Source of the DNA: a virus | Taxonomy: Duplodnaviria; Caudoviricetes | DNA length: 27,558 nucleotides | Virus record (IMG/VR): IMGVR_UViG_3300020599_000018 | Location: 1-27,558 of that record | Strand: one strand, 5' to 3' | Shown: in pieces, positions 23,824 to 27,558 of the stretch | Layout of the letters: every line of letters starts with the position of its first letter | How positions within the stretch are numbered: the stretch's first letter is position 1 | Made by a program: the position numbers and the translations under genes | Notes under the pieces: generated by a model | Told to the model about the DNA's origin: nothing | What the model saw: the letters and a program-made list of their open reading frames with translations, nothing else | Databases searched by the model: none

Positions 23824-25065
23824 ATGGCAATACCATCCAGTATCACGGACCTAGATACCAACGAGGCAATGAACAGCCCAGCTGGGTCCGACAGCGTCGG
23901 CGGTACGCTAGACAATTTCCTACGGATCCACGCGGCCATTATACGGCGGCAATTCTCCAAAGGGGCGGATATCAACTCCGCCTCTACAACGGTTCTGCCG
24001 CCTGATTGCTCATTCGCAAACGTCAAAAAGGTAGCTAGCACCATAAACGGCTTTTCTGACAACTTCAATGGGCGAATCGTCTATCTGAAGTTTGAAGCAG
24101 GGATAACGCTTGCGCATTCATCGGCTCTAATGATGCCTGCAGGCGTGTCCGTGGTGACTGAAGCGAACGATATTGTTTGCTTTATGAACGAATCGCCGGG
24201 CGCATGGAAGTGCTTGAGCTACCCACGATATACGGATGCAGACCACCCAGGACCGGAGCCAGTGATCACGTGGCCCTACATGCGCTGGGCCGACACCGCC
24301 AACTTACTTCTCAGGCGGCGCAATGCGGCGAATACCGAATGGATCATAGTCGGGGCGCTTCTTGGCTTGGAAAATAGAACGAGTGCTTTCGCTTGGTCTA
24401 TGGACGCCGGCAGCCCAAACGCATACGTTGGGGCATACAGTCCAGCCGCATCAACTTACGACAATGGTCTTGTTCTGAGATTGCGCGCCGCAAATGCCAA
24501 TACTGGCCCAGCTATATTTACTCCTGCTGTGGGCGTGTCATCACTCCCCATTTACGGCTCTGACGGCGGCCCCCTGACTGGCGGTGAAATAGCAGCCGAT
24601 AAGGAAATATGGCTACAGTATTCCGGCAGCGTGAATGGCTGGCTGTTGATTTATTCGCAAGGCGGGTACGTCAAAGGCGTCGCGCCGTCCGCCAGTGACA
24701 ATAGCGCCAAGCTTGCCTCCACAAGCTGGATTCGCAGCGCCATGTCAAACATTGCCTCTGCGGCTGGTTTTGCTATCAACCTGAGCGGCACCGGATACAT
24801 TAAATTTCCAAGCTGGTTAGGTAGCTGGCTGGTGCAGTGGGGGGCCATCGGCATTGCAAACGGCTCCTATTCGGCCACGGTTGTTTTGCCATTGGCCTTC
24901 TCAGGCCCCGTTACACGCGCGTTTGCCTGTGATGCAACGTCTAGCGGCACGCCCTTAGCGGCAAAGGTAATCACCAGCGCCGCCACAACCTCATTTGATT
25001 TATTGCTAGACGGGCCAAGCATCAACTCGCGTGTCGCCTGTTGGCTTGCAATAGGGAGCGCCTAA
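23824..25065 (+). CDS. Tail fibre/receptor-binding protein
   Basis: Mosaic beta-rich protein; SDNSAKLASTSW and GYIKFPSWLG.WLVQWG (gp53-like) C-terminus. Confidence 0.85.
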   Translation: MAIPSSITDLDTNEAMNSPAGSDSVGGTLDNFLRIHAAIIRRQFSKGADINSASTTVLPPDCSFANVKKVASTINGFSDNFNGRIVYLKFEAGITLAHSSALMMPAGVSVVTEANDIVCFMNESPGAWKCLSYPRYTDADHPGPEPVITWPYMRWADTANLLLRRRNAANTEWIIVGALLGLENRTSAFAWSMDAGSPNAYVGAYSPAASTYDNGLVLRLRAANANTGPAIFTPAVGVSSLPIYGSDGGPLTGGEIAADKEIWLQYSGSVNGWLLIYSQGGYVKGVAPSASDNSAKLASTSWIRSAMSNIASAAGFAINLSGTGYIKFPSWLGSWLVQWGAIGIANGSYSATVVLPLAFSGPVTRAFACDATSSGTPLAAKVITSAATTSFDLLLDGPSINSRVACWLAIGSA

Positions 25066-25066
25066 A

Positions 25067-25603
25067 ATGAAAACATACTACTACTCCAAAGCAACAGGCG
25101 GTTTCTATCTCGCCAAGAGCGAGCCGGACGCGGTTGAGATTACGCAGGCGCAGCATCAAGCGCTGATGCGCGGACAGTCTGATGGTCAGCGTATCGTTAG
25201 TGATGCGAACGGGTACCCGGTTTTGGCGGCAGCGCCGACTCCATCCTTCGCTGATATGCAGGCCGCTAAAGTGGTTCAGGTTAACGCAGCTTTTACGCAA
25301 GCCGCCGCCGCGCTCACAGAGGGCTACCCCGAAGCTGAGCGCCTGACCTGGGCGACTCAACAGGCCGAGGTGCTGGCCTGGGATGCTGACGAGAATGCGC
25401 CCACACCGTATCTGGACGGCTTGGCCGCCGCACGCGGCATCAGCCCGGCCGAGATGCGCCAGAAGACGCTGGAACAAACGCAGCTTTTCATGGCCGCTAG
25501 TCAGCAATTGGTAGGTAAGCGTCAACGGCTTCGAGATTTGGTGTACGAGGCTACATCGCCTGAAGACCTCGACGCCATTCAGTGGGATGAACCAGCCGCC
25601 TAG
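25067..25603 (+). CDS. Tail fibre assembly chaperone
   Basis: YYYSKATGGFY...PDAVEIT..QHQALM.GQ.DG..I..DANGYPVL plus helical YPEAE..TW..Q..E domain. Confidence 0.85.
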   Translation: MKTYYYSKATGGFYLAKSEPDAVEITQAQHQALMRGQSDGQRIVSDANGYPVLAAAPTPSFADMQAAKVVQVNAAFTQAAAALTEGYPEAERLTWATQQAEVLAWDADENAPTPYLDGLAAARGISPAEMRQKTLEQTQLFMAASQQLVGKRQRLRDLVYEATSPEDLDAIQWDEPAA

Positions 25604-25648
25604 AGCGGCTTTATTTTCGCCCGATGCCCTCTACGGAGGGCTTTTTTT
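25594..25648 (+). terminator. Tandem terminators before lysis cassette
   Basis: AGCCGC-CTAGA-GCGGCT TTATTTT and GCCCTC-TACG-GAGGGC TTTTTTT. Confidence 0.75.
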
Positions 25649-25664
25649 CTTCCAAAGGAACGCG

Positions 25665-25991
25665 ATGCAAGACCAGCATCTATCAGCCGAAGCCCGAGCG
25701 ATTATCGCTGTCGTGCGCGAATCGAAAGAGGACACGCACAAGCAGATTGCATCGGTGCGTGATGCGCAGCGCAGCTTGAAAGAAGAAGTTCAGCGGATCG
25801 CAAAGGGCTTCCCCGACGAAGACCCGGATAGCCACAGACGCTATCACGAGACAGTCATAGAGTGGCGCGAGCTGCGAAACAAAATGGTCCGAGAGGCACT
25901 CGTAAACGCCGCCAAGGTGGGCGGCGTAGCCGGGCTTGGGTGGGTTGTTTACGCGCTGTGGACGGCAGCGAAGATGGAGATGATGAAGTGA
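25665..25991 (+). CDS. 108-aa lysis-cassette protein with C-terminal TM helix (holin/antiholin-like)
   Basis: AAGGA RBS; coiled coil, GFP..DP.SHRRYHE, one hydrophobic segment. Confidence 0.65.
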   Translation: MQDQHLSAEARAIIAVVRESKEDTHKQIASVRDAQRSLKEEVQRIAKGFPDEDPDSHRRYHETVIEWRELRNKMVREALVNAAKVGGVAGLGWVVYALWTAAKMEMMK

Positions 25992-26197
25992 AACTGATCA
26001 ACAACTGGAAGAAGTGCTGGCGGATGTTTTCCGTACAAGCGATGGTCCTGGCCACCGCCATCCAGGGAGCGTGGACGCTCATCCCGCCTGAAATGCAAGC
26101 GACGATCCCTGAAGGTTGGGTGAGAGTGGTAACGATTGCGTTACTAGCTCTTGGCGTCATCGGGCGCTTGGTTGTGCAACCGAAGGTGTCGCCATGA
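25988..26197 (+). CDS. Holin (69 aa, two TM helices)
   Basis: GTGA overlap; KLINNWKKCWRMFSVQAM...GVIGRLVVQP; directly before lysozyme. Confidence 0.78.
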   Translation: MKLINNWKKCWRMFSVQAMVLATAIQGAWTLIPPEMQATIPEGWVRVVTIALLALGVIGRLVVQPKVSP

Positions 26198-26766
26198 TCA
26201 ACATCATCAAGAAAATCTTGCTCTGGCTCTCCGGCCTGCGCCCGGCGCCAGTGCCCAACGAGCCGGTGCTGGAGATTGAGCCTGCCCCCATCACCATGAG
26301 CCAGGAAGGCCAGAAGGTCCTGAAGTACTTCGAGCAATGCAAGCTCGAGGCTTATTGGGATGCTAAAGGTAAGGTCTGGACCATCGGTTGGGGCCACACC
26401 GGCCCGGACGTCTATGAAGGCTTGGTAATCACCCAGGCCCGGGCGGATCAGCTGCTGCGCGACCGGCTTACAAATGAGTTTGTTCCCGGCGTGCTGGCCG
26501 TGATCAAGCGCAGCATGGTCCAGCACGAGCTCGATGCCATGGTCGATCTGGCCTACAACATCGGCGTGGATGCGTTCCAAGACTCGACCCTCGTGTGCAA
26601 GTTCAATGCGGGCGACACGGCCGGTGCCGCCGAAGAATTCCCGCGCTGGAACAAATCCGGCGGCGAAGTGCTGCTGGGCCTGCGCCGGCGGCGCGCTGCG
26701 GACAGGGCGCTGTTTCTGGGCGCCTCCGGTGCTGAGGCCATCAAGATAGGAGCGGCCGTCACATGA
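26194..26766 (+). CDS. Endolysin, GH24 lysozyme
   Basis: FEQCKLEAYWD..G.VWTIGWGHT, DAMVDLAYNIG, GLRRRRAADRALF. Confidence 0.93.
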   Translation: MINIIKKILLWLSGLRPAPVPNEPVLEIEPAPITMSQEGQKVLKYFEQCKLEAYWDAKGKVWTIGWGHTGPDVYEGLVITQARADQLLRDRLTNEFVPGVLAVIKRSMVQHELDAMVDLAYNIGVDAFQDSTLVCKFNAGDTAGAAEEFPRWNKSGGEVLLGLRRRRAADRALFLGASGAEAIKIGAAVT

Positions 26767-27014
26767 TCTTTTTGCAAGCACTCTGGGCCCGCGTCTGGCC
26801 CTACATAGCGGCACTGGCCGCGCTTGGTGCCGCCGTCATTGGCATCCGCCAGTCAGGCAAGGCAGCCGGCCGCACTGAAGCCAAGACCGATCAACTGGAG
26901 GCCGATGCATCGGCCAGGAAGAAAGCCCGTGAAGTGGATAATAAGCTTGATGCGCTGGATGATGATGCTATTCGTAATCGCGCTCGGGACTGGCTGCGCG
27001 ACAACGTCAAATAG
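26763..27014 (+). CDS. Inner-membrane spanin (Rz-like)
   Basis: N-terminal TM helix then coiled coil; follows endolysin. Confidence 0.75.
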   Translation: MIFLQALWARVWPYIAALAALGAAVIGIRQSGKAAGRTEAKTDQLEADASARKKAREVDNKLDALDDDAIRNRARDWLRDNVK

Positions 27015-27135
27015 CTATTGCGACATCGCCAAGCCGATCAGATGGCAGAATCAGGCTGAACTCGATGCGACCCCGACGCCCGTTGTCAGGCAGATCGTTG
27101 CACACAACGAGACCTGGCGGGCGGTGTGTCGGTAG
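26950..27135 (+). CDS. Outer-membrane spanin lipoprotein (Rz1-like)
   Basis: MRWMMMLFVIALGTG/C lipobox-like; overlaps the 3' end of the i-spanin gene; QIVAHNETWRAVC terminus. Confidence 0.78.
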   Translation: MRWMMMLFVIALGTGCATTSNSYCDIAKPIRWQNQAELDATPTPVVRQIVAHNETWRAVCR

Positions 27136-27304
27136 CCGGCCTATCCCGATTCCAGTACACGCACCCCGTTTCCGGCATCGCCTGAATCAAAACCCGTCCG
27201 TCATACATGCAAACCGCATGCGCTCCGTCGGCGACAGTTTCGCCGTTCCAGTGCTTGCAAGTCCAGCAGGAATGTCCGGGCGTGGAGTGTTGAAGGTGGC
27301 TCAT
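27086..27304 (-). CDS. 72-aa Cys-rich SOS-box-associated protein
   Basis: MSHLQHSTPGHSCWTCKHW...C...GCVYW; ATG 6 bp downstream of SOS box. Confidence 0.6.
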   Translation of the reverse strand: MSHLQHSTPGHSCWTCKHWNGETVADGAHAVCMYDGRVLIQAMPETGCVYWNRDRPATDTPPARSRCVQRSA

Positions 27305-27310
27305 GGTGTG

Positions 27311-27326
27311 CTGTGTATAAACACAG
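27311..27326. promoter_or_regulatory. LexA (SOS) box 3
   Basis: CTGTgtataaacACAG; reads TACTGTGTTTATACACAG on the minus strand. Confidence 0.88.
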
Positions 27327-27338
27327 TATTTGTAGCAC

Positions 27339-27362
27339 AAAAAAGCCCGCGCGGTGGCGGGT
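27339..27362 (-). terminator. Terminator downstream of tRNA-Cys
   Basis: Minus strand CCCGC-CACCGC-GCGGG followed by CTTTTTT. Confidence 0.7.
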
Positions 27363-27431
27363 CGGTTAAATGCTATGTCAGAAAATCCCCACACAGCAGT
27401 ACGGCGTAAATTCGTATGTTGTTGTTTTTAT

Positions 27432-27505
27432 TGGAGGCGCAACTCGGAATCGAACCGGGGTACACGGATTTGCAATCCGCTGCATAACCACTCTGCCATT
27501 GCGCC
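27432..27505 (-). tRNA. tRNA-Cys (GCA), probable attachment site
   Basis: GGCGCAA acceptor/TTGCGCC-T-CCA; anticodon arm GCGGA-TTGCAAA-TCCGT; T-loop TTCGATT; 74 nt. Confidence 0.97.
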
Positions 27506-27558
27506 GCAGACCTACAATGCGCGCAGAAGGCCTGCTGCCTGCCGCTAGCATTGGCGCG

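Larger units (their letters stand above)
1..27431. mobile_element. Temperate podovirus-type prophage with lambdoid immunity region, abutting the 3' end of tRNA-Cys; left part (integrase, recombination genes) outside window
   Basis: Ordered cI/cro switch, replication, Q, terminase, portal, capsid, ejection, fibre and lysis genes; no tape-measure or sheath gene; ends at a tRNA 3' end. Confidence 0.95.

Noticed and set aside
23824-25603. Tail-fibre diversification by a DGR or invertase
   Set aside because: No reverse transcriptase, template/variable repeat pair, recombinase or inverted fibre copy seen in the window
25855-26814. 319-aa minus-strand ORF
   Set aside because: Shadow of holin/lysozyme genes
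26933-26942. Single DnaA-box-like GTGGATAA in spanin gene
   Set aside because: Isolated, within coding sequence, likely chance
1-27558. CRISPR array, IS element, integrase, tape-measure gene
   Set aside because: No repeat-spacer array, transposase, recombinase or long-tail genes detected by eye

Overview
The window holds most of a temperate, lambdoid-regulated, podovirus-type (short-tailed) prophage, running from the early-left promoter pL to its right junction at a host tRNA-Cys(GCA) gene. The integrase/recombination module lies beyond the left edge. Gene order: pL/OL - accessory genes (66-aa ORF, membrane protein, P63C protein) - cI/OR/cro - cII-like - ninB - ref-like nuclease - replication initiator with internal iterons - DnaB helicase - RusA-like - Q-like - terS/terL - portal - scaffold - major capsid - adaptor/hub - five ejection-type proteins - tail fibre and chaperone - holin/lysozyme/spanins - small SOS-box gene - tRNA-Cys. 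A betaproteobacterial host is my impression only. The most interesting signal is regulatory. The CI is short and lacks the RecA-cleavable protease domain. Three LexA (SOS) boxes occur: before a small candidate antirepressor, inside the predicted late promoter, and before a small Cys-rich gene. The candidate antirepressor's RBS is covered by a predicted ~68-nt antisense RNA built like P22 sar, with two DnaA-box-like sites nearby. Other points are a GLLG motif shared by all five ejection-type proteins, an unlisted 31-aa antisense membrane peptide behind the ejection genes, and a T-stem mismatch in the att-site tRNA. All family calls come from recognising sequence motifs; no searches were run.
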